Shown here in pieces: positions 19,289-28,790 of a DNA stretch of 32,000 nt. The DNA comes from Cylindrospermopsis raciborskii Cr2010 (lineage in GTDB: Bacteria; Cyanobacteriota; Cyanobacteriia; Cyanobacteriales; Nostocaceae): contig NZ_CP065936.1 of the NCBI RefSeq assembly GCF_003367075.2, positions 600,001 to 632,000 on the forward strand, read 5' to 3'. Position numbers and translations under genes: made by a program. Position 1 is the stretch's first letter, and the number at the start of each line of letters is the position of its first letter. A model generated the notes under the pieces. The model was not told the DNA's origin. It did no database searches and worked only from the letters and a program-made list of their open reading frames with translations.

Positions 19289-19837
19289 TTGGAGAAGTAT
19301 TTAACAACTATTGTAGCTAGGCGGAAGTATATGTTTTTGAGTCAAGACAAACATAAATCACTCATAGATGGGAAAATACTAGTACAAACTCGTTCCCATA
19401 ATGGTTGGGGTGGTGCAGTGACTGCTTCTATGTATTTACCCTTAGTGCGTTCTTATGTGTGGGATAAAATAACAGAATATCCACGTTGGGTACAGTATTT
19501 TCCCGATTTGACAAAAAGCGAACTTATCTTTCAGGGAGATGTCAAGTTTTTGTACCAGCGCGCCCGAAAAGCATTTTTATTTTTTACAGCTGAAGTAGAG
19601 ATTTATCTAAGTGTAGTAGAAGTTTTGGGAAAGCAAATACAGTTTAAGATGGAGAGAGGAACATTTGAAGATTTTCATGCCAACCTACAATTTCAGGATA
19701 TGGGGAATGGTACCTTACTAATATATACGGTAGAAGCAACACCAAATATTCCTATTCCCTCCATGCTAATTGAACAGGGAATGTCCTGGGGATTACCGGA
19801 TAACCTGCGCAAAATGCGACAATTTTTGTGTAGTTGA
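19289..19837 (+). CDS. SRPBCC / polyketide cyclase-dehydrase-like protein
   Basis: VWDKITEYPRWVQYFPDLTKSELIFQG...FKMERGTFEDFHANLQFQDMGNGTLLIYTVEA pattern typical of START-like coenzyme Q-binding/cyclase domains. Confidence 0.75.
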   Translation: MEKYLTTIVARRKYMFLSQDKHKSLIDGKILVQTRSHNGWGGAVTASMYLPLVRSYVWDKITEYPRWVQYFPDLTKSELIFQGDVKFLYQRARKAFLFFTAEVEIYLSVVEVLGKQIQFKMERGTFEDFHANLQFQDMGNGTLLIYTVEATPNIPIPSMLIEQGMSWGLPDNLRKMRQFLCS

Positions 19838-19846
19838 GTGTGACAA

Positions 19847-22462
19847 TTAACCAGGAACTACCAGAGGTGAACCACGGAAAACTAAACGTTCGTTTTGGAC
19901 ATCGACAAAAATTGTATCCCCCTCATCAAATTCACCCCGCAAGATGGCCTTAGCGATTTTAGTTTCTAACTCTCGCTGCAGGGCACGTTTGAGTGGTCTA
20001 GCACCATATACAGGGTCGTACCCAACTTCTGCTAAAAAGTCAAGAGCGGATCCAGAAAGTTCTAGAGACATTTTCCTGTCAGTTAATCTTTGTGTGAGTC
20101 TTTCTACCTGTAGTTGTACAATTTTCCGTAACTCCGACTTTTGCAAACTGTGGAAAATAATAATTTCATCAATACGATTGAGAAATTCAGGACGAAAACT
20201 ATTTCTCATGGTTTCCATGACTCGATGGCGCATTTCATCGTAGCGGGAATCATCTCCAGCAACATCAAGAATATATTGGGAACCGATGTTACTAGTCATG
20301 ATAATAATGGTATTTTTAAAATCCACGGTTCGACCTTGGGAGTCAGTCACCCGACCATCGTCTAGGATTTGCAGAAAAATATTAAATACATCTGGGTGAG
20401 CTTTTTCAATCTCATCAAATAAAATTACCGCATAGGGACGACGACGAATAGTTTCTGTCAGTTGTCCACCTTCTTCATAACCAACATAACCGGGAGGCGC
20501 ACCAATTAACCTAGAAACTGTATGCTTCTCCATATATTCTGACATGTCAATTCTCACCATGGATTCTTCTGTGTCAAACATATAAGCAGCTAGGGCCTTG
20601 GCTAATTCTGTTTTACCCACACCCGTGGGTCCTAGGAAAATAAAACTGGCAATGGGACGATTGGGATCTGCAAGTCCTGCACGGGAACGTTGAATCGCAT
20701 CCGCTACGGCAGTTACAGCTTCAGCTTGTCCAACTACGCGCTGATGCAGTTCTTCTTCTAAATGCAATAATTTTTCTTTTTCTGATTCGACTAATTTGCT
20801 AATAGGAATACCAGTCCACTTAGAAATGACTTCTGCAATATCCCCGGGAGTCACTTCTTCTCGTAATAAAGATTTACCGGTTCTTTGGGTATTAGCCAGT
20901 TCGGTTTCGATGTTTTCCAATTGTCGATTGAGATTAGCCAGGTTGCCATATTTCAACTCAGCAGCACGATTAAGATCATAATTTCTTTCTGCTTGTTGAA
21001 TTTCTAAATTAATCTTATCAATATCCTCCTTAATTGATTGAATTTTGGTGATAATATCTTTTTCCGACTGCCATTGAATCCTCAGAACCGCCTGCTCTTC
21101 TTTGAGATCAGCCAGCTCTTTTTCTAGTCTTTCTAAACGCTCACGAGAAGCAGGATCACTTTCCTTTTGTAAAGACAACTTCTCCATTTCCAATTGGAGA
21201 ATTTTGCGATCAATTTCGTCTAATTCCTCCGGTTTAGAGGTAATTTCCATTTTTAATCTAGCAGCAGCTTCATCCACTAAATCAATAGCCTTATCTGGTA
21301 AAAAGCGATCGCTAATATAACGACTAGATAAAGTAGCAGCAGCAACCAAAGAACTATCAGAAATTCTCACGCCGTGATGCACCTCATACCTTTCCTTTAA
21401 CCCTCTGAGAATAGAGATTGTATCTGGCACATCTGGTTGATCAACATAAACCTGTTGAAAGCGTCTTTCCAAAGCTGCATCTTTTTCAAGATATTTCCGA
21501 TATTCATCCAAAGTTGTAGCTCCAATACAGCGCAATTCGCCTCGTGCCAACATTGGTTTTAAAAGGTTCCCCGCATCCATTGCTCCTTGGGTAGCACCTG
21601 CACCAACAACCGTGTGAATCTCATCTATAAATAATACAATATTACCACCAGATTCGGTAACTTCCTTTAATACGGCCTTGAGTCTTTCTTCAAATTCACC
21701 CCTAAACTTGGCGCCAGCAATTAAAGCTCCCATATCCAAAGCGATGAGTTTTCTATCTTTTAAAGATTGGGGTACATCCCCGGCGACTATTCGTTGAGCT
21801 AAGCCTTCAGCAATAGCTGTCTTACCCACTCCTGGTTCACCAATTAATACAGGATTATTTTTAGTTCTGCGGGAGAGAATTTGAATAGTTCTCCTAATTT
21901 CATCATCCCGACCAATTACCGGATCTAGCTGACCTTTTTTAGCTGCTTCTGTGAGGTCACGGCCATATTTTTCCAGTGATTGATATTTTCCCTCTGGACT
22001 TTGATCTGTCACTTTTTGACTCCCTCGAATTTGCTTAATAATATTTTTTAATTTTGCTTCATCCAGACCCGCTTCTTGCAGTAGATTTTTGCCAAATCGA
22101 TCATCTCTACAATATCCCAACAATATATGCTCTACAGAAATATATTCATCTTTGAATTCCTGACGATATTTTTCTGCCCGATCCAATAATGTATCTAAGC
22201 TCCGTCCTAAATATACGGATGTGCTAGATCCTGATACTTTAGGCTGACGAATAATAAATTGCTCAGTATAATCTGTGATTTTTTTAATATTGGTTCCAGC
22301 TTTAGTAAAAATTGCATTTCCCAATCCATCTTGTTCTAACAAGGCTTTCATTAAATGCTCACTTTCTAGCTGCTGCTGTTGGTACTGTTTGGCTATATCA
22401 GGAGTATGAGCAATAGCTTCCCAGGCTTTTTCTGTAAATTGGTTAGGATTATTTGGCTGCAT
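19847..22462 (-). CDS. clpB: ATP-dependent disaggregase ClpB
   Basis: Two Walker A motifs ([16 protein letters not shown]), a coiled-coil middle domain, and a ClpB N-domain. Confidence 0.97.
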   Translation of the reverse strand: MQPNNPNQFTEKAWEAIAHTPDIAKQYQQQQLESEHLMKALLEQDGLGNAIFTKAGTNIKKITDYTEQFIIRQPKVSGSSTSVYLGRSLDTLLDRAEKYRQEFKDEYISVEHILLGYCRDDRFGKNLLQEAGLDEAKLKNIIKQIRGSQKVTDQSPEGKYQSLEKYGRDLTEAAKKGQLDPVIGRDDEIRRTIQILSRRTKNNPVLIGEPGVGKTAIAEGLAQRIVAGDVPQSLKDRKLIALDMGALIAGAKFRGEFEERLKAVLKEVTESGGNIVLFIDEIHTVVGAGATQGAMDAGNLLKPMLARGELRCIGATTLDEYRKYLEKDAALERRFQQVYVDQPDVPDTISILRGLKERYEVHHGVRISDSSLVAAATLSSRYISDRFLPDKAIDLVDEAAARLKMEITSKPEELDEIDRKILQLEMEKLSLQKESDPASRERLERLEKELADLKEEQAVLRIQWQSEKDIITKIQSIKEDIDKINLEIQQAERNYDLNRAAELKYGNLANLNRQLENIETELANTQRTGKSLLREEVTPGDIAEVISKWTGIPISKLVESEKEKLLHLEEELHQRVVGQAEAVTAVADAIQRSRAGLADPNRPIASFIFLGPTGVGKTELAKALAAYMFDTEESMVRIDMSEYMEKHTVSRLIGAPPGYVGYEEGGQLTETIRRRPYAVILFDEIEKAHPDVFNIFLQILDDGRVTDSQGRTVDFKNTIIIMTSNIGSQYILDVAGDDSRYDEMRHRVMETMRNSFRPEFLNRIDEIIIFHSLQKSELRKIVQLQVERLTQRLTDRKMSLELSGSALDFLAEVGYDPVYGARPLKRALQRELETKIAKAILRGEFDEGDTIFVDVQNERLVFRGSPLVVPG

Positions 22463-22596
22463 ATTTTTTCATAAATCATAAATAACTCTGTCTAATTTTA
22501 ATGGGGGATTGAGCTGTTTTGGGATCGGTCTTCCTGGTCCGATCGTGTAGTATTATCCCAATGGGTACAAAACACAAATGTGATACTTCGGTCTTT

Positions 22597-23754
22597 TTAA
22601 GTTGAGGACGTGGTTTTTAACTGCGGATTAACAGTCTTTTGTGGCAAGTAACCCTCCACTAAACAGTCACAACCGATAGTACGCCAATTAACCCGTTCTA
22701 AAACTAAAGATTCAGTCATAGAACTCAAACCCAGGTCGCCAACGGGCGTAGGCGCGTCTATGCCACCAATGATTTTGGGAGCAATAAAAGCCAGGACTTT
22801 TTGCACTGCATTTTCAGCAATTGCTCTTGCAGCTAGAGTTCCTCCACATTCCCACAGCACGGTACAAAAGCCACGCTCATACAGATGAGCCATTACCAGT
22901 CCCGGTGTTAATAGAGGTAGTTCCAGCACTTCTACACCCTTTTGGAGTAACATTTGCTGAAAATCAGGTGAACTACCTTCCTGGGTCAATACCAAGGTAG
23001 GAGCTACCCTGGTGTCCCAAAGATGGGCATTTTCTGGCAAATTCAAACTGGCACTCATCACCACTCGTAAGGGGTTATATCCTGTTTGTTGGTGAGTTGT
23101 TAAGTGGGGATTATCTCGTCTCACCGTGTTACCACCAACAATTACAGCATCACAAGCTGCTCTGAGTTGATGAACTTCGCTGCGGGCTTGACTGTTTGTA
23201 ATCCAAGTGCTGTGTCCAGAATTACTAGCAATTTTGCCATCTAAGGTCATGGCATACTTCAAAATGCCTAAAGGTTTTTTGTGTAGAACACGATGGACAA
23301 AACCTTCATTTAGTTTCTGACAAGCTTCTTCTTCTACTCCTATAATTACCTCTATACCTGCTGCACGCAGTCTAGCAATACCAGCACCAGCTACCAATGG
23401 GTTAGGATCAACCATCCCCACCACTACCTTAGCCACACCCGCGTTAATTAAAGACAGAGAACAGGGAGGAGTCCTTCCATAATGATTACAAGGTTCCAGA
23501 CTCACATAAATAGTAGCTCCACGAGCCCTTTCCCCAGCAGCTCTCAAGGCAAAAACTTCCGCATGGGGCTCACCAGCACGAGGATGAAAACCTTCGCCGA
23601 CAATTTCTCCATCTTTGACCACCACTGCTCCCACTAGGGGGTTGGGTGAAGTGCGTCCCAAAGCTAATCGTGCCAGTTCTAAACACCTTTGCATCATTAG
23701 GGCGTCAAACTCGCTATCTAATATATTTGATGGTACTGTGAGTGGGGTTAACAT
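22597..23754 (-). CDS. ribD: Bifunctional riboflavin biosynthesis deaminase/reductase
   Basis: PNPLVGAVVVKDGEIVGEGFHPRAGEPHAEVFAL and PCNHYGRTPPC deaminase motifs with a C-terminal reductase domain (KYAMTLDGKIA). Confidence 0.94.
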   Translation of the reverse strand: MLTPLTVPSNILDSEFDALMMQRCLELARLALGRTSPNPLVGAVVVKDGEIVGEGFHPRAGEPHAEVFALRAAGERARGATIYVSLEPCNHYGRTPPCSLSLINAGVAKVVVGMVDPNPLVAGAGIARLRAAGIEVIIGVEEEACQKLNEGFVHRVLHKKPLGILKYAMTLDGKIASNSGHSTWITNSQARSEVHQLRAACDAVIVGGNTVRRDNPHLTTHQQTGYNPLRVVMSASLNLPENAHLWDTRVAPTLVLTQEGSSPDFQQMLLQKGVEVLELPLLTPGLVMAHLYERGFCTVLWECGGTLAARAIAENAVQKVLAFIAPKIIGGIDAPTPVGDLGLSSMTESLVLERVNWRTIGCDCLVEGYLPQKTVNPQLKTTSST

Positions 23755-23797
23755 CAGCTATTTTCCACCTGATAAATACATGATGAATTACGAGTTA

Positions 23798-24436
23798 TTA
23801 ATTACGAGTTAACTTAATAATTTTTTGCCACCAATGATTAAGAGGGTAATACACTACAGGGGCCCAAAGACTGCTGAGAATAGCAGAAGAAAGAGTAGAT
23901 CTCTGGTAGTATATCCAGATATCCTCAATCATCTGGAAACAATTAGGTTTACAACTATTATTCGTGAAGAATAACTGAACAACAAAAACAGTATTTGATA
24001 TAAGAACCATAATAAATACTATGAGGGCGATGGAAATAAAATCCTCCTGAATAAAACGGTGTTTTTGCAGTCGACTAGTTAATATTCCTACAATTGCTAG
24101 GCTTACAGTGTGGGAAGGATGAGGAGATGTTAAAGCATCTTGCAACAACCCCATAATTATACCCGCGAATGCACCAGAAATTGCAGGACGTTTCACACTC
24201 CAAGCGACTAACCAAATTAATGCCCAGTTGGGTGCTATTCCCAACAGCTCCATACCCAAAAATCTGGTTGGTGACATTAATAGACATAAAAGCACAGATA
24301 TAAATATAATTACCCAGTTTAAACCTTGTCGTGACCATGGATACCAGTACTTCAGTGGAGGAATTAAGGGCTTAGATTGTTGGTATTTTTTGGTTGAATT
24401 GAGATTTTTAGCACTAAAAAATCCAGAAATTTTCAT
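23798..24436 (-). CDS. mreD: Rod shape-determining protein MreD-like
   Basis: Multi-helix membrane protein directly downstream of mreC; synteny plus topology. Confidence 0.8.
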   Translation of the reverse strand: MKISGFFSAKNLNSTKKYQQSKPLIPPLKYWYPWSRQGLNWVIIFISVLLCLLMSPTRFLGMELLGIAPNWALIWLVAWSVKRPAISGAFAGIIMGLLQDALTSPHPSHTVSLAIVGILTSRLQKHRFIQEDFISIALIVFIMVLISNTVFVVQLFFTNNSCKPNCFQMIEDIWIYYQRSTLSSAILSSLWAPVVYYPLNHWWQKIIKLTRN

Positions 24437-24467
24437 TGTTTTACCAGATTGATGAGATTCTGTTTAA

Positions 24468-25274
24468 TTATTTATTGCTCTGGTTATCATTAGAGTTGTT
24501 TGGTATTCCCTCCAGATTATCGGGTACGTGGGGATAGATTGTCACCCAGTCCAAGTAACGAATTGGTGGAAACAATTCCACTTTAGCTAACGGGGCTGGC
24601 AATTTCTTTAAATCTAAAGACTTTATTTTCCCCACCGGTTCCCCGGGTGGAAATTTTCGACTGTAGGTGGAAGTGGATACTAGATCCCCTATCTTAATAT
24701 TAGGGACCTTCTCGTAAAACTCTAACACCCCCTCCCCGGAATAATCACCCCGCAAAATACCTTTAGCTGCAGTTCGACTAATAGTTACTCCTACTTGACT
24801 TGTGGCATCGCTAATTAATACAATACGGCTAGTATGGGGAGTAACTGTCCGCACTAAACCCACTAGCCCGCCTTCTGCTTTGACTACAAAACCAGGTTTA
24901 ATTCCTACTTGTGCTCCCCTATTTACAGTTACTTGTTGCCACCAATGATCTGCACTGCGTCCCACTACTCTTGCTACTACTGGGCGATTGGAAGTGCCCC
25001 CCTTCTCTACATAGCCCAGTAAATTTTGTAGTCTTTGGTTTTGGGTTTGTAATTCCACTATGCGAGTTTGTAACTCCATGAGTTTGGCATCGCGAATTTT
25101 ATTCTCCGCATGATTACTAGATTGCAAAGTAGTTAAAGGAAAGATAAAAGATTGGTATAGCTCCATTAATAATTCACCATTTGTCTCCTTCAATGTCCAA
25201 GCACCACTCAATATCAAACCTAATAATGCTAGTTGCAATGTTTTATGTTCCCACCAACGCTTTATAGTAAACAT
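24468..25274 (-). CDS. mreC: Rod shape-determining protein MreC
   Basis: VARVVGRSADHWWQQVTVNRGAQVGIKPGFVV...GLVGLVRTVTPHTSRIVLISD. Confidence 0.93.
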   Translation of the reverse strand: MFTIKRWWEHKTLQLALLGLILSGAWTLKETNGELLMELYQSFIFPLTTLQSSNHAENKIRDAKLMELQTRIVELQTQNQRLQNLLGYVEKGGTSNRPVVARVVGRSADHWWQQVTVNRGAQVGIKPGFVVKAEGGLVGLVRTVTPHTSRIVLISDATSQVGVTISRTAAKGILRGDYSGEGVLEFYEKVPNIKIGDLVSTSTYSRKFPPGEPVGKIKSLDLKKLPAPLAKVELFPPIRYLDWVTIYPHVPDNLEGIPNNSNDNQSNK

Positions 25275-25444
25275 TTGTACCTTAAATTAACATGTAATGG
25301 ATTAGTCAGTCAGTGTTTTAGTAAAAAACAGTACCCATCAAGCATTTCAATAATGATTTTCACCTTTATTATTACTTAGTGGATACTATCCAATTACAAT
25401 AATTTAGATGGATCCAGGTATCCACTAGGCTAGCATTAAGACTT

Positions 25445-26521
25445 CTACGTGTTACGCGACCTTCCACTAAATACACGTTCAAGCTGCTTAAAGTTTTCCA
25501 AGACACGTCCAGTTCCCAAGACTACACAGCTCAATGGATCCGCAGCTATGTGGGTTACTATACCAGTTTCATGACTAATTAGTGTATCTATGCCTTTAAG
25601 TAGTGCACCGCCTCCTGCTAACATAATTCCTCTATCAATAATATCGGCTGCCAGTTCTGGAGGCGTTCTTTCCAGAGTGCGTTTAACTGCTTCTACTATA
25701 ATTGCTAATGGTTCTAGCATGCTTTCACGTACTTCTTGCCCTTGCACTGTGACTGTTCTTGGCAATCCAGAAAGCAAGTGGAGACCTCGAACTTCCATAG
25801 TCCCCTGATCTTCATCACTGGTGGGATAGGCCGAACCAATGCGGATTTTAATTTCTTCTGCTGTTCTTTCCCCAATTACCAGATTATGAACTTTCTTCAT
25901 GTACTGAGTGATGGAATCGGTCAGCTCATCACCAGCAATCCGAACTGACTCGCTGACCACTGTTCCCTGCAAGCTAAGTACAGCTACTTCTGTAGTTCCC
26001 CCACCAATATCGATAATCATATTACCAGTGGGCTCTGCTACTGGCAAACCAGCACCAATAGCTGCTGCTACTGGTTCATCAATTAGATATACTTCTCTGG
26101 CCCCTGCTTGAGTAGCTGCATCCATAACAGCTCTTCTCTCCACTCCCGTTACTCCACTGGGAATGCCAATGACAATCCTCGGGAGGAGCAGAGGTTTCCC
26201 ATCATTTACCCTTTGAATGAAGCTTTTTAACATTAGCTCGGCTGTGTCAAAGTCGGCTATAACACCATCACGAAGGGGTCGAACTGCCGTAATATTGCCT
26301 GGAGTTCGGCCCAGCATTCTTTTGGCATCCTCTCCCACTGCTAAGGCTATTTTTTCATTATGATCAATCGCCACTACTGATGGTTCCTGTAATACTATGC
26401 CTTTACCAGACACATATACTAAGGTGTTAGCTGTACCGAGATCGATACCCATATCCCATGACGAGCGGAAGTTTCTAAAGAAAGGAACCACGCTTATGCC
26501 CCCAAATTTCATTAATTTCAA
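25445..26521 (-). CDS. mreB: Rod shape-determining protein MreB (start codon uncertain: 26521 or an internal start)
   Basis: MGIDLGTANTLVYVSGKGIVLQEPSVVA..., GNMIIDIGGGTTEVAVLSL. Confidence 0.95.
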   Translation of the reverse strand: MKLMKFGGISVVPFFRNFRSSWDMGIDLGTANTLVYVSGKGIVLQEPSVVAIDHNEKIALAVGEDAKRMLGRTPGNITAVRPLRDGVIADFDTAELMLKSFIQRVNDGKPLLLPRIVIGIPSGVTGVERRAVMDAATQAGAREVYLIDEPVAAAIGAGLPVAEPTGNMIIDIGGGTTEVAVLSLQGTVVSESVRIAGDELTDSITQYMKKVHNLVIGERTAEEIKIRIGSAYPTSDEDQGTMEVRGLHLLSGLPRTVTVQGQEVRESMLEPLAIIVEAVKRTLERTPPELAADIIDRGIMLAGGGALLKGIDTLISHETGIVTHIAADPLSCVVLGTGRVLENFKQLERVFSGRSRNT

Positions 26522-26762
26522 TGTTAACAGTTAGGTGTTATTATTCTGGATCTCAGACACATCCTAGCCTAACTCCAGTTGATCAGACTATTTTTCCAGT
26601 AATTTTCTCGACATTTTCAGCAATTAGTCACAGGCATCTCCTTTACTCTATTCTTAACTTACTGAGTACAACCGCAAAATTGGGGAGAATATTCTCCCAA
26701 GAATTAACTACCATATTTTATGGGTTTTCACAAGAAAATCTCCCGCCTCGATAACGATTAAA

Positions 26763-26791
26763 TTGTCAATACCACATTTGTTTGTTATAAT
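26763..26791 (+). promoter_or_regulatory. Candidate sigma70-type promoter for ssb
   Basis: TTGTCA (26763-26768), 17-nt spacer, TATAAT (26786-26791), about 42 nt upstream of the ssb ATG. Confidence 0.65.
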
Positions 26792-26833
26792 GTAACCGCA
26801 TTTCTTTTTGGAAACAAGGTAACGGTAACACGA

Positions 26834-27936
26834 ATGAGCATTAATGTTGTCACTCTGGTGGGACGTGCTGGCGGCGATCCCAGTATCAAGTATTTTGGTG
26901 CGACCCGTTAAATGGGAAACCAAGCCCTAGCCTGGAAACCATTACAAGGATGTGGCTGTGTGCCTACTTCACCTTGAAACTTAGCTCCTGAGAGGGTGAG
27001 ATTTCTAAGCAATGTGAGAAAACTATAACAAATGTCAAGAAATGCTCATAGATTAAAATCTTTAACAAGCTTCTTAGAACTTCAATTCCCTCCTTCTAGA
27101 TGCCAGAAGATGCAACGCCCCCACTTTTGGGACTGACAATCACCAAGGGTGAAGCGGGGAGTAAAGGAGGTAACTTTGAACCTGGCAAGGAATCCCTCCG
27201 AGCAGAGATGGGTATGAGTAAGGTAATCTGAATCTATGTTGGAGCCGTCGTTATTGATATCAGCCTACACAGGTTATTGGCTGTGCCAAAAGGCAAGGAT
27301 TTGGGCTAGGCAATCCAAAATTTGACCTAGGGCATTCCCGCATAAACCCGGCGGATAGTAGGACTCTAACCCCATCGTCAAGCAGGAGCTAGGAACGGGA
27401 TAACCCCCCAATTTCTCTCTCAATTTTCTATTGCTGAGTAGGGAGTCACCCGCATGATTTTGGGGGGAGGGATTGGCTCAGAAGCCAAGGCCTTTGGGAA
27501 AGCCAAAGGATATGCAGACAGAGCCACAATAACTCAAAATACGTCCCATTGAGTTATTGAGGAGCCGTGTGCGGTGAAAGTCGCATGCACGGTTTTGAAG
27601 CAGAGGTAACCAGGGTGACCTGTTTATCGACTGTAACAGTCGGGAACTGTTAAGTGCGATTTGACTTTAGCAGTTAATCGCAGAACTCGTAATAGTGACC
27701 AACCAGATTGGTTTAATCTGGAAATCTGGGGCAAAACAGCAGAGGTGGCTAATAATTATGTCCGCAAAGGTGCATTAATTGGTATTAAGGGTTTTCTTAA
27801 GTTTGATACCTGGAGCGATCGCCAGACCGGTACAAACCGTTCTAAGCCCGTCATTCAAGTAGAACAACTAGAATTACTAGGTTCTAAACGAGATAGCGAA
27901 GCTGGGATGGCTGATACAGCAGCGGAGAACTTTTAA
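26834..27936 (+). CDS. ssb: Single-stranded DNA-binding protein, split gene: join(26834..26897, 27638..27936)
   Basis: Exon 1 ATG...TAT TTT G encodes MSINVVTLVGRAGGDPSIKYF. Exon 2 begins AG TCG GGA ACT GTT AAG TGC GAT TTG ACT TTA GCA. Joined, it reads ...IKYFESGTVKCDLTLAVNRRTRNSDQPDWFNLEIWGKTAEVANNYVRKG... The total is 363 nt (120 aa plus stop), a continuous cyanobacterial SSB. Confidence 0.93.
27527..27559 (+). other. Intron stem-loop directly 5' of domain V, probable reduced domain IV
   Basis: CAATAACTCAA-AATACGTCCCA-TTGAGTTATTG, 11-bp perfect stem with an 11-nt loop. Confidence 0.6.
27562..27595 (+). ncRNA. Group II intron domain V
   Basis: GAGCCGTGTGCGGTGAAAGTCGCATGCACGGTTT, containing the AGC catalytic triad, GAAA tetraloop and compensated stem. 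It matches the well-known bacterial domain V consensus. Confidence 0.95.
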
Positions 27937-27950
27937 TCACTAAAAAGTTA

Positions 27951-27976
27951 GGCAGACGGGAACTTACCAGTCTGCC
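27951..27976 (+). terminator. Candidate terminator hairpin downstream of ssb
   Basis: GGCAGAC-gggaacttacca-GTCTGCC, 7-bp stem, followed by ATCTGTATTTATT. Confidence 0.55.
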
Positions 27977-27992
27977 ATCTGTATTTATTCAA

Positions 27993-28067
27993 GGGCGAAC
28001 GATGGGACTTGAACCCACGAGTGGTGGAACCACAATCCACTGCCTTAACCACTTGGCTACGCTCGCC
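27993..28067 (-). tRNA. tRNA-His(GTG), CCA not encoded
   Basis: The - strand reads GGCGAGCGTAGCCAAGTGGTTAAGGCAGTGGATTGTGGTTCCACCACTCGTGGGTTCAAGTCCCATCGTTCGCCC. It has a 7-bp acceptor (one G-T), anticodon stem GTGGA/TCCAC, anticodon GTG, and C73. Confidence 0.94.
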
Positions 28068-28172
28068 ACCAACTCTTCTAAATTAACACGACCACATGAA
28101 AAAGATCAAGTTCCTTAGTAAAAATTCATCTTTTTTGTTAAATTAATCAGAAAGTACCTCTTTTCCTTAGAT

Positions 28173-28553
28173 ATGAAACTCTCTGTGATCATCATATCTC
28201 TAAGTGCACTGGCAATAGCTGGTTTGGGAGTAACTATGGCCCATACCAATCCCAGGGAAGTGACTTATCAGGAATACGCAGTTAAAAAAATAACTACTGT
28301 TCTCAAGACTGACGGTTGTCAGAAAGTGCCGATTTTCTTGCGCAACCTGGTTAAGTTTGACTGTAATCAGCTGGTTGATTCCGCTAAGTCACAGATTAAG
28401 GATGTGGTGGTTGCTACTACAAAAAGACAAAACTATGTTTTGCTGAGTATATATATCACCAACTTAAAAATTCACAACTCCCTACCAGGTTACACTTTTG
28501 AGACCCTGGGGGCGTTCAATAGTTTTTACACCTATAGAGTAAAACAGGAGTAG
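28173..28553 (+). CDS. DUF4359-like secreted/membrane-anchored hypothetical protein
   Basis: N-terminal hydrophobic signal/anchor (SVIIISLSALAIAGLGVTMA), then a small domain resembling DUF4359. Confidence 0.65.
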   Translation: MKLSVIIISLSALAIAGLGVTMAHTNPREVTYQEYAVKKITTVLKTDGCQKVPIFLRNLVKFDCNQLVDSAKSQIKDVVVATTKRQNYVLLSIYITNLKIHNSLPGYTFETLGAFNSFYTYRVKQE

Positions 28554-28564
28554 GAAGTAAGAAT

Positions 28565-28753
28565 TTATACATTTACGGTGATGCTCTCAATTTGTTTAGC
28601 GGCTTTTTCCCATTGTTTAGCAGTATCTTCATCTTTCCAGTGAGTGCGGAGGTTTTCCGCTTTTTTATGGCAAATTCGTTCTAAGATCTCTAAAACTGCG
28701 GCCAGTGTGAGTTGATCAACCAAATGTTCTATAGCGTGGCTTGGTTCATTCAT
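28565..28753 (-). CDS. Small hypothetical protein
   Basis: 62-aa ORF (MNEPSHAIEHLVDQLTLAAVLEILERICHKKAENLRTHWKDEDTAKQWEKAAKQIE), helical and non-overlapping. Confidence 0.55.
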   Translation of the reverse strand: MNEPSHAIEHLVDQLTLAAVLEILERICHKKAENLRTHWKDEDTAKQWEKAAKQIESITVNV

Positions 28754-28790
28754 AAAAACCTCTTGTAAAGTATAAAATCTATAAGATCTA

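Larger units (their letters stand above)
26898..27637 (+). mobile_element. Group II intron without an internal ORF, inserted in ssb
   Basis: 5' boundary GTGCG, 3' boundary ...GTAAC (AY), canonical 34-nt domain V at 27562..27595, small domain-IV-like hairpin just upstream. Candidate EBS2 (27254-27259) and EBS1 (27316-27321) complement the 5' exon. No ORF of 60 aa or more lies fully inside. Confidence 0.93.

Noticed and set aside
19944-21320. + strand ORFs of 60-100 aa inside clpB
   Set aside because: Antisense to conserved ClpB coding sequence and compositionally shadow-like.
22523-22544. GATCGG...CCGATC inverted repeat between ribD and clpB as a terminator or operator
   Set aside because: Only a 6-bp stem and no T-tract on the transcribed strand; insufficient to call as a feature.
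26521-26754. 77-aa + strand ORF between mreB and ssb
   Set aside because: Low-complexity, no domain resemblance, and it lies in the divergent promoter/leader region of mreB.
26708-26923. 71-aa - strand ORF
   Set aside because: Antisense to the ssb promoter, exon 1 and intron start; no recognisable protein features.
27661-27936. 91-aa ORF as a standalone truncated SSB or ssb pseudogene
   Set aside because: Its apparent start is a TTG inside the conserved LTLAVNR motif. The missing N-terminus lies at 26834..26897 and joins perfectly once the group II intron is removed.
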